Source: Nitrospirota bacterium (GTDB lineage: Bacteria; Nitrospirota; UBA9217). Taken from it: 64,000 nucleotides of DNA. A program made the translations under genes and the position numbers. Position 1 is the first letter of the stretch. Each line of letters begins with the position of its first letter. The notes beneath the pieces are model-generated. The model had not been told where the DNA came from, ran no database searches, and was given only the letters and a program-made list of their open reading frames with translations. The DNA is taken from assembly GCA_963741205.1 (NCBI GenBank), contig CAVUHW010000013.1, positions 64,001 to 128,000 on the forward strand, given 5' to 3'. This document shows positions 1-10,769 of the stretch, piece by piece.

Positions 1-250
1 CGATCTGAAGGGCCGGGAACTTGTTCGGGACCACCCGGAGCCGCCAGCCCGGGCCGTCGGGAGAGGACGCGCCGTTGTCGCGATAGGCGAGAACTTCGTG
101 CGGCGTGGTCCGCTCGTTGCCGGCGCAGAAGGGGCAGAACCCTGTTCGCTTCTTGTCACGCTGGTCCTTAAAATCGTTGGGGCGTTTGCCCCGCTCCGAT
201 GAGATGATGACCCATCGGCCTGTTATGAGATCTTTTCGTAATTCTGGCAT
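1..250 (-). CDS. galT: galactose-1-phosphate uridylyltransferase, 5' part (runs off window)
   Basis: Manual translation [24 protein letters not shown]...CPFCAGNE...[11 protein letters not shown] is the GalT N-terminal signature; not in the ORF track. Confidence 0.9.
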   Translation of the reverse strand, partial: MPELRKDLITGRWVIISSERGKRPNDFKDQRDKKRTGFCPFCAGNERTTPHEVLAYRDNGASSPDGPGWRLRVVPNKFPALQI

Positions 251-354
251 CGACAACTCCTCGGCCCCGCAATCGTTGAATCAAGGGCGTCTCTATTATA
301 ACCATCCTCTTCCCGGTTGTCAAAAGAACTCTTGCTGTGCTATGATGAAACGTC

Positions 355-831
355 ATGGCGCGCAGGATCGACAAACTTTCGGCAACCCTCTTCAGGATTC
401 TCAAGGCACGTGGGATGGAGGGCCGGCTTCACGAGTACCGCATATTCGGGCTGTGGGGCCGCACGGTGGGACCTGCCATTGCCCGCCATGCGCAGCCACG
501 CGCGCTTCGAGGCAAAAAGCTCGCCCTGATCGTGGATAGCCCTGCCTGGATGCAGCAGCTTTCGCTCATGAAGCCCGAAATCATCGAAAAGCTGAACCGG
601 GAGCTGGGCGGCGCAACTATCGGCGACCTCACAATGAGGCTGGGCGAAGTCGCGTCATCGGGCGAGCCGGAAGCGGATGAGGGGTCTACCGGCGTGGCGC
701 TCTCCGCCGACGAGCGGGACACGATAGAGCAGTATGTTCACGACATCGGCGACAGTGAAACCCGCGAAGCCATCAGGCGCGTGATAGAAAAGGATTTCAT
801 AAACAGGAAAAAAAGGCAGCAACAATCATGA
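355..831 (+). CDS. DUF721/DciA family protein (helicase loader-like)
   Basis: W...VG..IA.HA.P..LRGKKL.L.VDSPAWMQQLSLMK.EII.KLN motif. Confidence 0.8.
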   Translation: MARRIDKLSATLFRILKARGMEGRLHEYRIFGLWGRTVGPAIARHAQPRALRGKKLALIVDSPAWMQQLSLMKPEIIEKLNRELGGATIGDLTMRLGEVASSGEPEADEGSTGVALSADERDTIEQYVHDIGDSETREAIRRVIEKDFINRKKRQQQS

Positions 832-925
832 GGCACAGGTCTTCAGCGAATGATGCAACCCATCCAGGGGGCGCTGGGGAATTACGGCCGTCATGGCGCC
901 CGCTGCGTTGGTTCCCGCGCAGCAT

Positions 926-1468
926 TCATTTTTTTGGATAGGCAATACGCCCCTCACGGACCTCGGCCCAGGGCGTCAGCGTGTGGGCCTTCTCAGAGGT
1001 CCTGCTTATGATGTCCATGACCGCAATCCCTTGCACGGTAAGCGCGTCGCCTATGAGCGACCGGTGGCAGCGCCAGGGCACTGCCTCGGCGCACATGATA
1101 ACAGTTCTTCGCTCCTTTGCTGCCGCGATGAGTTCCCGAAGGCTTTCCTCGAACGCCTCTGTCTGCATGTAGTCGGCAAAACCCCGGAACGAAGCATTCT
1201 CCCATCCCTGGTTCACAGAGTCTTTCTTCGCATGCCGCAATCCTCCCAGCCCCGGCATATGCGCATAACCAATACCGGAAGCCTTGAGACTGTTTGCCAG
1301 CGTGTCGCTGGTAAACTGCGGGTTGTGGCGCGACCGGGGAATGGTCCGCACATCGGCCACGAGCTGAATGTCATGCCCTGTCAGCATGTTGATGAATTGA
1401 TCGATGGGATGGGTTGAATGGCCGATGGTAAAGACGACAGTGGCTGTTTTTTCCTCGTACGGTGTCAT
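926..1468 (-). CDS. DUF488 domain protein
   Basis: FTIGHST, DVRTIPRSRHNPQF, LGGLR and MCAEAVPWRCHRSLI motifs; start codon approximate. Confidence 0.85.
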   Translation of the reverse strand: MTPYEEKTATVVFTIGHSTHPIDQFINMLTGHDIQLVADVRTIPRSRHNPQFTSDTLANSLKASGIGYAHMPGLGGLRHAKKDSVNQGWENASFRGFADYMQTEAFEESLRELIAAAKERRTVIMCAEAVPWRCHRSLIGDALTVQGIAVMDIISRTSEKAHTLTPWAEVREGRIAYPKK

Positions 1469-1486
1469 GATAAAAACTTTGAACAA

Positions 1487-1573
1487 CCCCTCACCTTAAT
1501 CCTCTCCCCTGAAGGGGAGAGGAAACAAAGGAAGCCCCTCTCCCCGAGGGTGAGAGGGCCGGGGTGAGGGGGG
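1487..1573. repeat. REP-like palindromic repeat (CCCTCACC...CCTCTCCC..GGGAGAGG...GGGGTGAGGG type)
   Basis: Two CCTCTCCCC/GGGGAGAGG-type hairpins enclosed by CCCCTCACC/GGTGAGGGG. Confidence 0.75.
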
Positions 1574-1590
1574 TGTATTCATGCTCACCA

Positions 1591-2166
1591 TCAAATTGAT
1601 CTCGGCCTGCTAATGAGCGAGAAGAATTCCTCCCTGGTCGCCGGGTTCGTCCGGAAAACACCCAGGACCGAGGAGGTCACGAACATGGAATTCTGTTTCT
1701 CGACGCCCCGCATCATCATGCAGAGGTGGCGCGCCTCGATCATGACGCCCACGCCGTCGGCGTTGATCGAGTCCTTGATCGCGTAGGCGATCTGCTCGGT
1801 GAGCCTCTCCTGGATCTGGAGCCGCCGGCTGAACATGTCCACAAGGCGGGCCAGCTTGCTGATGCCGAAGACCCTCCCGCGGGGGATGTAGCCGATATGG
1901 CAGCGGCCGTAGAACGGCAGCATGTGGTGCTCGCACATGCTGTACATCTCGATGTCCTTGACGACGACCATGCTGGTCGTTTCCTGCTCGAAGCAGGCCT
2001 GGTTGATGAGCTTTTCGACGTCGGCCTGATAGCCCGAGGTGAGGTACGCCAGGGAGGCAGCGACGCGCTTGGGCGTGTCGACGAGCCCCTCGCGCGCCGG
2101 GTCTTCACCGAGTTCGACCAGCAGTTCCCTTACCAGGTTCTGAATCCGTTCACTGTTTCCGCTCAT
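1591..2166 (-). CDS. folE: GTP cyclohydrolase I
   Basis: [45 protein letters not shown]. Confidence 0.95.
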   Translation of the reverse strand: MSGNSERIQNLVRELLVELGEDPAREGLVDTPKRVAASLAYLTSGYQADVEKLINQACFEQETTSMVVVKDIEMYSMCEHHMLPFYGRCHIGYIPRGRVFGISKLARLVDMFSRRLQIQERLTEQIAYAIKDSINADGVGVMIEARHLCMMMRGVEKQNSMFVTSSVLGVFRTNPATREEFFSLISRPRSI

Positions 2167-2677
2167 GGGATAGTTCCTTTCTGAGGAGTTCTGTGTAGCC
2201 TTCAAGCGGCTTCATGGCCTTTCCCGATAAAGCCGCAGCAACCTTATGAATCGGCGTGCCCGAGCCGGGCATCATAAGCCCCGGCGACAGCTCGTGAAGG
2301 GGGAGCGCGAGATACGGCCGCCTGGCGATGTCCGGGTCCGGAAGCGTCAAGTCCTCCGTCTGTGTGACCAGTTCGTCATAGAGAACAAGATCGAGATCGA
2401 TGGTCCTGGCCGCATACCGGTCCTTCGTCCGTATGCGTCCCAACTCTGCCTCGATGCGCCGCAGAATGTGGTGCTTCACATCAACGGCCGGGAGTTCTGT
2501 TTCGATTTCGACGACGCAATTGTAATACGAAGGCTGTTCAGGCCTATCTTCCGCCTCCGTTAGGTAGACCGTGGAGACCGCGCGGACCGTCGTCAGGCCG
2601 GAAAGAAGGAGTAAGGCCTTTTTTACGTTCTCTTCGGGATCGATGTTCGATCCGATGCTGACAAAGGCACGCGTCAT
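2150..2677 (-). CDS. folK: 2-amino-4-hydroxy-6-hydroxymethyldihydropteridine diphosphokinase
   Basis: [26 protein letters not shown] motifs. Confidence 0.93.
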   Translation of the reverse strand: MTRAFVSIGSNIDPEENVKKALLLLSGLTTVRAVSTVYLTEAEDRPEQPSYYNCVVEIETELPAVDVKHHILRRIEAELGRIRTKDRYAARTIDLDLVLYDELVTQTEDLTLPDPDIARRPYLALPLHELSPGLMMPGSGTPIHKVAAALSGKAMKPLEGYTELLRKELSHERKQ

Positions 2678-3036
2678 GATCTGCCCGGCTGCCGCCTCGT
2701 GATCTCCACCCCCACACTCCGGGCAAACCGGAGGGCCGTGGGTTTTTCAACCCTCACGCAAACGTCCGCGACGGCCGGGTGTTCGAGGCAGACCGCGGCC
2801 ACGGCTTCGGCCAGTGCCTCCACGAGAAAGAACTTCGAGCTTTCGGCCATGACCACGACTTTTTTCTTGATGGCCCGGTAATCCACCGCGTCCTCGAACC
2901 GGTCGCTTTTACCGGCCCTGCTGAGGTCCGCGGAGAGGGCAAGGTTGATCAGCACATCCTGTTTTTCCCGCCGCTCGTCGTCGTTGATCCCGACGATACA
3001 GCGTACGAGCAAATCACTAATCAGGATTCGGTCCAT
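2674..3036 (-). CDS. folB: dihydroneopterin aldolase/epimerase (FolB/FolX family)
   Basis: MDRILISDL...VGINDDERREKQDV...AVDY...LVEALAE...VRVEKP. Confidence 0.88.
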   Translation of the reverse strand: MDRILISDLLVRCIVGINDDERREKQDVLINLALSADLSRAGKSDRFEDAVDYRAIKKKVVVMAESSKFFLVEALAEAVAAVCLEHPAVADVCVRVEKPTALRFARSVGVEITRRQPGRS

Positions 3037-3805
3037 TTGCCGCCTCCAGAAGGTGCCTGCCCCCGTCAACGTAGATGACCTGACCGGTCACGAAATCACT
3101 CGTGAGCAGGTAGATGACCGCGTCCGCGATGTCGTCAGGTCCGCCGTGCCTCTTGAGCGGCATGGACTTCGCAAGTTGTTCAAGATAGCCTTCGTCTTTG
3201 CCCGCGGGAGGGAGGATGAGTCCAGGCGCCACGCCGTTCACGGAGACGCCGGGGGCAAACTCCAGGGCGCACATCATAGTCAGCGTCGCGAACATCTGCT
3301 TGCTCAGGACATATGCTACATGGGTCCCGTCGTACCCGCGTATTCTCGTATCCAGAAGGTTGATGATTTTTCCGCGGTTGACGAGCCTCGCAAACTCCCG
3401 GGAGAGGACGAAGGGCGCCCATGCGTTTACCTGCATATGCTGCACCACGTCCCCGAATCCGACATCCATGATCGTGCTGGGAAGAAAAATGGAGGCGTTG
3501 TTGACCAGGATATCGAGCGACCCCGCGGCCTGGAGCGCGCGCGCGATCAGCATCTCGTACTCCTCGGGCTTCTCCAGGTCGGCCATGACCCTCCAGGATT
3601 TGGCCCCGCAGTCTACGACCTCGCCGCAAACCTTGATGGTGTCCGCTTCCAGGTTCTTCCGGTCATGTGCCACGATATGCACGCCCTCTTCGGCAAGCGC
3701 GATGGCAAGGGCGCGGCCGATGCGTTTGCTCGCGCCGGTGACCAGGGCGACCTTTCCCTTCAGTTTGTCGTTAGCAGTACTCTGTCCGCCGGTGTGCAGG
3801 GTCAT
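3017..3805 (-). CDS. SDR family pteridine reductase (FolM/PTR1-like)
   Basis: TGASKRIG (Arg-containing, pteridine-reductase-type), LVNNAS, YxxSK, TGQVIYVDGG; located inside the pterin operon. Confidence 0.8.
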   Translation of the reverse strand: MTLHTGGQSTANDKLKGKVALVTGASKRIGRALAIALAEEGVHIVAHDRKNLEADTIKVCGEVVDCGAKSWRVMADLEKPEEYEMLIARALQAAGSLDILVNNASIFLPSTIMDVGFGDVVQHMQVNAWAPFVLSREFARLVNRGKIINLLDTRIRGYDGTHVAYVLSKQMFATLTMMCALEFAPGVSVNGVAPGLILPPAGKDEGYLEQLAKSMPLKRHGGPDDIADAVIYLLTSDFVTGQVIYVDGGRHLLEAANGPNPD

Positions 3806-4149
3806 GCAGCCCTCTCGCCCCGCTGTTGGGCGGCCAGAAGGTCGATCTTGGCCGCCACGATGAAGTCGTTCATGGACAACCCGCCGATCTTGTGCGTCGA
3901 CAGCGACAACCTCACCTTATTGTACGAGATGAGGATGTCGGGATGATGGTCCTGCTCGTTCGCGATGGCGGCGACGGCGTTCACGAAGTCCATGGCCTGG
4001 CGAAAATCCTTGAAAAGAAAATCCCTGGTGACCATGGTTCCGGTCAGAGACCACTGCGGGATCTCGCGCATGAGCTCCCCGGCCTCTTCCCGCGACAGGG
4101 GTGCGCTCCCCTTAACAATCGGTTTCGCTGTTTGTTCTGCGAGTTTCAT
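3802..4149 (-). CDS. pterin-4-alpha-carbinolamine dehydratase
   Basis: FKDF.QAMDFVN.VA..A..QDHHPDI...LSTHKIGGLSMNDFIVAAKID. Confidence 0.92.
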   Translation of the reverse strand: MKLAEQTAKPIVKGSAPLSREEAGELMREIPQWSLTGTMVTRDFLFKDFRQAMDFVNAVAAIANEQDHHPDILISYNKVRLSLSTHKIGGLSMNDFIVAAKIDLLAAQQRGERAA

Positions 4150-4170
4150 AATGACCTCCTGAAATATCTA

Positions 4171-4275
4171 TGGACGCAGATTTGCGCGGATAAAAGCAGA
4201 TCAATCCGTCGTATCTTAAAACCAAGCCATACACCTTGAAGTTAAATCCGATTTTCCCGCCTTTATCTGCGTCCA
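4171..4275. repeat. inverted repeat element (TGGACGCAGAT / ATCTGCGTCCA arms)
   Basis: 11-bp perfect inverted repeat at 4171-4181 and 4265-4275 with imperfect internal arms. Confidence 0.6.
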
Positions 4276-4292
4276 AAATATATTTAGTATCT

Positions 4293-5499
4293 TCACCGTA
4301 TCAATCCGCGCAGGCTTTCTTTCGCTACCGGTTCCGCCTTCCGTATCAATTCCCGCGCGGCCTCCACTTTGTCCCACACATTGCACATCATGGCGCCCCG
4401 GACCTTGCCGTTCCTGAGGTAATAGATCACGCCGGTGTCGTTCTCCTTTTGCCAGTCGGCGAAGGTCTCAAGATCCGCGCTCACCTCGCCGACGGCCTCG
4501 TATCCGAACTCGAAGAGGTCCGAGAAGAAGTAGGGCATGTAGGTGTAGGGCTCCCGCGCGCCGGCCATGTTCCTGCCCGCCCACTTGCCCTGGTTCAAGG
4601 CGTTGTCCCAGTGCTCTACGCGCGTCTGTTTCCCGAGCGCCTGGTAGGGGAAGAACGCGATGTCACCGGCCGCGTAAATGTCCGGGAGTGAAGTTTGAAG
4701 ATACTCGTCGACGATGACCCCGTTTGCGGTCTGCAGTCCAGCCTTGCGCGGCAGATCAAGAGAGGGCGCAATGCCGATTCCGGCGATCACCATGTCCGCT
4801 TCGATCTCCTTTCCGCTTTCGGTGCGGACAACGAACCCGCCCCCCTTTTTACGGAGCGATGAGGGTTTTTCCCCCGCAAGAGTCCGCACCCCGCGCAAAC
4901 GATACTGTTCCAGAAGCGCCTTCCCCAGGTACTCGGGAAAGACCCGGTTCACGAGGTAGGAATCGGGAAAGATCATCGTCACGTTGACCTTATTTACAGC
5001 GAGCGCAGCGGCGATTTCCGAGCCGATAAAGCCTCCTCCGATGACGACCGCGGATTTTCCCTCTGTCGATTCCTTCCGCATCCTCACGTAGTCGTCAAGT
5101 GTCCGGAAATAGCAGACACCGTCGAGGTCCCCGCCGGGGATAGGCAAGGTCCGCGGAACGCCGCCCGTCGCAAGGAGAAGCTTTTGAAACCGGTATTCCT
5201 TTCCTGCTCCGGTCATAATTTTTTTCTGTTTCGGATCGAGCGTTGTAACCGTGACACCGGATGCCAGGGTCACCCCGTTCCGGTCATAAAACGCCTGGTC
5301 GTGGAGAAAGATATCTTCGACCTTCTTTTTGCCGAACCAGAGTTTCTTCGAGAGCGGAGGGCGGTCGTAGGGGAGGTGCTTCTCGGAACCGATGAGCAGG
5401 ATGCCGCCGTTTCCTGTCCCGCTCCCGGATGCCTTCTACAGCCGACGCCCCGGACAGCCCGCCGCCGATGATGATATAGGTGTATGTCTGATCAGCCAT
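4293..5499 (-). CDS. NAD(P)/FAD-dependent oxidoreductase (ferredoxin reductase-like); frameshifted in this sequence
   Basis: N-terminal IIIGGGLSG (start 5499), KLLLATGG, VVIGGGFIGSE, IYAAGD, RVEHWDNA, PYFFSD; split over frames near 5270-5410. Confidence 0.85.
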
Positions 5500-5752
5500 A
5501 TCGTGCGCCTCCTGAATCTGCCCCGGTCCCGAGACGGAACCTTGAGGAGTGTCGTAACGGGTACGCAGGCTGCGTCGTCGAACGGCGCAGCCCGAAATAG
5601 AATGATTCCGGACAAGCTGTAAGACCCCCGATTGAATCATTCGAGGGCCGGCTAAAAGGCTGCATTCGACTTTTTACGTCTTCTTCAATATTACTATATC
5701 ACACTTGCTTACGAGTATTCGGGAGGGTGGCCAGGCGAGTAGGGGGCGTACC

Positions 5753-6484
5753 TCATGGCAGATCATAGATTTGCCGCATCTCTTCGGAGTTTCCTCCGTT
5801 CGCTCCGTGTACAATAAGCGGCGGCAGGACCTCGATCCCGGTTCCGGCAGCCTTAACCGCCTCGATCAGCACAAGCGATGCGGGCTTGTGATGAAGGGGA
5901 TGCACGAAGCGCAAACGCTTCGGCTCAAGTTTTTTCTCCCGCATCAGCGACATCAGTTCCGCCGTGCGAGGTGCTGGGAATATGAGGAAGTATCTTCCGC
6001 CGTTTTTCAGCATTGTATGGAGATTTATCCACACATCGAGAGATGCCATCCGGTCCTGCCGCGCGGTTTGCCGTTCCGCGAAGGGGCTTGTTTTGCCTGA
6101 ACCGTATTTTGTATAGGGGGGATTCGCAACGATGACGTCGAAGCAGTCAGGTGAAAACGACCGGTCCAAATACCTGATGTCCCGACCCGCAGGGGAAATA
6201 TGGTCCTGAAGTCCGTTTTTTTCAATATTACGGCAGAGCAGGTCGTAAGCTTGCGGTTCGATCTCATCTGCAACGAAGCGGGCTTTGGGGAATTTTTTCG
6301 CGAGCAGAAGTGAGATGATCCCCGTGCCGGAGCCTGGTTCCAGAACGCTGTCCCCGGGTTTTATGCGACAAAAGTCAGCGAGGAGGATACTGTCCTGGGT
6401 AAAGCGGAAGCCCTTCTGGGGCTGCTCGATCCTCACCACACCCGCTCCGCGAAGCGAGATGCTGTCCTGGGTGACGGAGGTCAT
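5753..6484 (-). CDS. tRNA1(Val) (adenine(37)-N6)-methyltransferase-like
   Basis: QPQKGFRF..DSILLADF, EPGSGTG, ANPPY motifs. Confidence 0.85.
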   Translation of the reverse strand: MTSVTQDSISLRGAGVVRIEQPQKGFRFTQDSILLADFCRIKPGDSVLEPGSGTGIISLLLAKKFPKARFVADEIEPQAYDLLCRNIEKNGLQDHISPAGRDIRYLDRSFSPDCFDVIVANPPYTKYGSGKTSPFAERQTARQDRMASLDVWINLHTMLKNGGRYFLIFPAPRTAELMSLMREKKLEPKRLRFVHPLHHKPASLVLIEAVKAAGTGIEVLPPLIVHGANGGNSEEMRQIYDLP

Positions 6485-6873
6485 GGTATCTTTTCCACAT
6501 ACTCGGAAGGCAGCCGTTTGGGTCTTCCATTAGGATCGACATACACCATTTTGGCCCTGCATTCTGCTAAGACCCGACGGGATGTCTTCTCCCGCATAAT
6601 ATGTTCGAATATCATGGTGGCTCGGGTGACATCCCTGACCCAGGTCTCGATTTCGAGCGTGTCGCCGTACCGCGCGGGAGATTTGTAGTCTATTTCCACG
6701 CGGAGCACCATGAATATTGTGCCCTCGTTCATGAGGCCCTTGACGGAAAAACCCTTTGCCGCCAGGTACTCGGTACGCGCCCGCTCCATGTATCGGAGGT
6801 AATTGGCGTAGTAGACCACCCCGCCGCAGTCGGTGTCCTCATAATAGATATGAACATCCATGGTGTGGTTCAT
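6481..6873 (-). CDS. ybgC: YbgC/FadM family acyl-CoA thioesterase
   Basis: YYEDTDCGGVVYYANYLRYMERAR motif. Confidence 0.88.
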   Translation of the reverse strand: MNHTMDVHIYYEDTDCGGVVYYANYLRYMERARTEYLAAKGFSVKGLMNEGTIFMVLRVEIDYKSPARYGDTLEIETWVRDVTRATMIFEHIMREKTSRRVLAECRAKMVYVDPNGRPKRLPSEYVEKIP

Positions 6874-7112
6874 ATGCTCTCCCTTTGGGGAGACAGTGTA
6901 AGATATTTCCTTCGTTTTGTCGAGCGGAAGATAAAGGGGTAAGATAGTATAGGGTAGAAAGAGGAAAGAACAGGGCTGAGCACATCTCGAGCGCACAATA
7001 AACGAGCATCAAGCGATATGCAGATGGAATGCGGTATGGAGAGTCGGGAAGGACAGGCGAATGAACGCCGGGCGCTGTGGAGTACGGAGAAAGCAGTATG
7101 TATCGAAAAAGT

Positions 7113-7430
7113 AAAAAAAAGGCGCTGCCCGCGAACCGGTTTTGATATTCCGCTGAACCCCACGTTCTCCCGGAAAGTACAACCTGCTTCTGCGGCTCCG
7201 CTCTGCAGACCCTATGAAGCGTAGTGTGTGTATTGCTCTTTCCGAGCGCCGTGCGGCTTAGGGGTTTTGGCTCTTCCGTTCTTTATGGATGCCTGTAAAA
7301 CAACCGGGAGACTGGCCACTCAACTTGCAGCCCTCTTACCGGCCTCGGCGACCCATCGAGCGCGGTGCCTGATCCCCTTTAAGACGGGTTATCATCTGAA
7401 CACCTATTGGTGATGGTTCGGCAACGCCCT
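7113..7430 (-). ncRNA. putative ~310-nt structured non-coding RNA of unrecognised family
   Basis: 5' and 3' ends pair (7415-7428 with 7121-7137); internal helices present; G-U wobbles favour the minus strand; U8 tail at 7113-7120; upstream extended -10 and boxA-like motif; no credible ORF. Confidence 0.6.
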
Positions 7431-7445
7431 GTAAACTTTCTTACC

Positions 7446-7492
7446 GTTATCAAAGAACGACTTTCTGAATATTTTCTACTAATACTATACCA
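7446..7492 (-). promoter_or_regulatory. extended -10 promoter (TGGTATAGT) and downstream boxA-like GTTCTTTGATAAC
   Basis: Read on the minus strand at 7484-7492 and 7446-7458. Confidence 0.5.
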
Positions 7493-7621
7493 CATTTGCA
7501 ATGCAGTCGCGAAATTTTTTTCATATAACCCTTGCCTCTGCAGTCGACGAGGACAAGCTCCCATCATCAGAATTATCTTGACCATCAAGAGAATTGTCTT
7601 TACAATTTCATCCCGTTATAT

Positions 7622-9150
7622 ATGGTTAGGATCATTCCCTCAAAAGAAGAATTTCTCCGGAAAGCGGGGTCGAGCGAGGTCCTGCCTCTTGCCGCGGAAC
7701 TCGATGTGCAGGAGCTGACGCCGCTGGCGGCGCTCGAGGCCTTGAGACCCTCGGGATACCCCGTCCTTCTTGAAAGCGCGCGAGTGGATGGCCGGATCGG
7801 ACGATATTCTTTCGTTACCGCTGATCCATACCTGATCTTTCAATCCCGCGGCGATACGGTAGATCTTATCCTTCCAGCGACTCCCGCCGGAAAATTCGGC
7901 AGACGGGCGGCAACGAGGCGCAAACCGCTTTTAAAACTGCGGGAACTTCTGAACAACTACCGGACTGCCAGAGTTTCCGGCCTTCCTCCTTTTACCGGCG
8001 GGGCGGTTGGTTTTTTTTCTTATGACTTCGTTCATCAGCTTGAGAATCTTCCGCGCAACGCAGCTGCCGATGTTGATATTCCTGAAGCATATTTTATCTT
8101 CGTAGACCTTGTTGTTGCCTTCGACCATGTCCTCAACAAAAGTTGGGTGATCGTAAACCCCGGCGCGCGAGAACAGGAACTGGGGTTCCGGAGGCCCGGT
8201 CCGGAAGAGTGGGATGGGCTCTATGACCGGGCCGCGGCAAGACTAGTCGCCGCGATCTCAAAGCTGGACGCCGCATCACTGCGGAGCGGGGCGTCCAGCG
8301 CGGAAGCCCATCCGGCGCATAAGCGGTCTCCCTCGTTTCCAATCTGAGCCGGGCCGCATTCGAGTCGATGGTCCGGCGATGCAAGGAGTATATCGCCGCG
8401 GGAGACATCTACCAGGCCAACCTTTCCCAGCGGCTATCCGCGGCCATCGGCAACGCGGACCCGCTCCGCCTGTACCGCATCCTGCGCACTATTAATCCCT
8501 CTCCCTTTGCTGCCTTTCTCGATTTTGGCGATCTGCAGCTCGTGAGTTCCTCGCCCGAGCGCCTTGTGCGGCTCCGCGAAGGGGTCGCCGATACCAGGCC
8601 GATCGCGGGCACGCGCCGGAGGGGGACCGACCAGGCGGAGATGCGTGAACTGTCCGCCGAACTGCTGACGAACGAGAAAGAGCGCGCCGAGCATATCATG
8701 CTTCTGGACCTCGAACGGAACGACCTCGGCAAGGTGTGCGAATACGGCACCGTCTCCGTCGATGAGTTTATGGTTGTGGAGGACTACTCCCACGTGATCC
8801 ACATCGTTTCGAATGTTCGCGGTTCACTTGCGCCGGGCAGGGACGCCTTCGATCTCGTAGGCGCCGTATTTCCGGGAGGGACGATTACGGGCGTTCCGAA
8901 GGTGCGCTGCATGGAAATCATCGACGAACTCGAACCGGTGGCGCGCGGGCCTTACACCGGTTCCATCGGTTACTTCTCGAACACGGGTGATATGGACCTG
9001 AACATCATCATCAGGACATTCGTGATCAAGGACGGTCACGCCTATATCCAGGCAGGTGCAGGGATCGTTGCCGATTCCGATCCCGAACGGGAATATTTCG
9101 AGACCCTTCAGAAGGCCGAGGCACTCAAGAAGGCGCTTGAGATGCTGTAG
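7622..9150 (+). CDS. anthranilate/aminodeoxychorismate synthase component I (TrpE/PabB family); frameshift ~8340
   Basis: LLESA...GRYSF, FTGGAVGFFSYD, AGDIYQANLS, PIAGTRRRG, KERAEHIML.DLERND, GAGIVADS. Confidence 0.9.
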
Positions 9151-9180
9151 CGCGGGGCCTTTTCAAAACATTTAAAAGGC

Positions 9181-9210
9181 TTGACAAACCCGATGGACAC
9201 CGTATAGAAT
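9181..9210 (+). promoter_or_regulatory. sigma70-type promoter TTGACA-18-TAGAAT upstream of cysS
   Basis: Direct sequence match. Confidence 0.65.
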
Positions 9211-9293
9211 CATATTTCCTGCTGTCAATCCGTAAGTCCGACCTGTTTGAATCGTCGGAGCGGTCGAACGATCTTAGAGAAGGATTTTTGTTC

Positions 9294-10769
9294 ATGATCA
9301 AACTCTATAACACACTCACGGGAAAGAAAGAGGAATTTATCCCCATCAATCCCGGCAAGGTCGCTATGTACGCCTGCGGCGTGACGGTCTACGACTTTTC
9401 CCATCTCGGCCATGCGCGCGGGGCCGTGGCCTTCGACCTGATACAGCGTTACTTCCGGAGAAAGGGGTTCGACGTCAAGTACGTTCGTAACTTCACGGAT
9501 GTCGACGACAAGATCATCAACCGCGCGAAGGAAGAGGCCATCAGTCCCGCCGAGGTTGCGCATAAATATATCGCCGCCTATCAGGAGGATATGAAGCGCC
9601 TGGGCGTCGGCAGGGCGGATGTGGAGCCCAAGGCCACGGAGCACATAGCGGAGATGATCGAAGTCATCAAGGGCCTTGTGGAAAAGGAGCACGCCTATGT
9701 CGTGGAGGGAGATGTGTATTTCCGCGTGTCCAGCTTCAAGGATTACGGTAAACTCTCGAAACGAAACCTTGAGGACTTGAAGGCGGGCGCTCGCGTTGAG
9801 GTAGACGAACGAAAGCAGGACCCTCTGGACTTCGCGCTTTGGAAGGCGTCGAAGCCTGGAGAGCCAGCCTGGGACAGCCCCTGGGGTCCAGGACGGCCCG
9901 GCTGGCACATTGAGTGTTCGGCCATGGGGTTTAAACATCTGGGCGACACTTTCGACATCCACGCGGGCGGCAAGGATCTGATCTTTCCGCACCATGAGAA
10001 TGAGATCGCCCAGAGCGAGGCCTATTCGGGCAAGAAGTTCGTGAACTACTGGCTCCATAATGGTTTTGTAAATATCAACCAGGAGAAGATGTCCAAGTCG
10101 CTCGGCAACTTTTTCATGATCCGCGACATCCTGAATGAGTACGATGCCGAGGTGGTCCGGCTGTTCCTCCTGTCAACGCACTACCGCAGCCCTATAGACT
10201 TCTCGGACGCGAATTTGAAGGACGCGCGCTCCGGCCTCGACCGCTTCTACACCATGAAAGAAGGAATCATCAAGTTTCTCGCCGGAAAGGAACCGTCATC
10301 CGCCAAGCCCGAAGAGGTCGTTGAGGTAGCAGACCGGCCGCTGTATGCGAAGATACAGAACCTTCCGCAAGGCTTCGAAGAGGCCATGGATGACGACTTC
10401 AACACCGCTTTCGCCATCGGCCTCATCTACGATCTTGTGCGCGATATCAATAAATATCTTACTGAGGCGGACAAAAAGAACCAGGATGCGGCGTACTGCA
10501 TCCTGTCCTCGGCCATGGCTTCCTTTGAGAATGTGAGCAAGACCCTCGGCATTTTCCTTCGCGAGCCCGAGGAATGGTTCAAAGAGGGCAGGCTCGCCGA
10601 TGCCAAGGTCACGATTCCTACCGAGCGAATCGAAGAATACATCCACCTTCGGAACGAGGCGCGGGCCCGCAAGGACTGGGCCGAGGCGGACCGGATCCGG
10701 AAGATCCTCGATGAGGGCGGCGTGGAGCTTTTTGACCGGGCCGACGGAACGGTCTGGAAGCCGAAGTAG
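9294..10769 (+). CDS. cysS: cysteine--tRNA ligase
   Basis: [30 protein letters not shown]. Confidence 0.97.
   Translation: MIKLYNTLTGKKEEFIPINPGKVAMYACGVTVYDFSHLGHARGAVAFDLIQRYFRRKGFDVKYVRNFTDVDDKIINRAKEEAISPAEVAHKYIAAYQEDMKRLGVGRADVEPKATEHIAEMIEVIKGLVEKEHAYVVEGDVYFRVSSFKDYGKLSKRNLEDLKAGARVEVDERKQDPLDFALWKASKPGEPAWDSPWGPGRPGWHIECSAMGFKHLGDTFDIHAGGKDLIFPHHENEIAQSEAYSGKKFVNYWLHNGFVNINQEKMSKSLGNFFMIRDILNEYDAEVVRLFLLSTHYRSPIDFSDANLKDARSGLDRFYTMKEGIIKFLAGKEPSSAKPEEVVEVADRPLYAKIQNLPQGFEEAMDDDFNTAFAIGLIYDLVRDINKYLTEADKKNQDAAYCILSSAMASFENVSKTLGIFLREPEEWFKEGRLADAKVTIPTERIEEYIHLRNEARARKDWAEADRIRKILDEGGVELFDRADGTVWKPK

Noticed and set aside
7121-7430. Identification of the RNA as RNase P, tmRNA, SRP, raiA, cobalamin riboswitch or T-box
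   Set aside because: Only short partial resemblances (GTGCGGCTTAG, CCGGGAGACTGGCC, GAAGCAG, GGCACCGCG); the defining motifs and their order are missing, and several lie on the strand not supported by the wobble pairs
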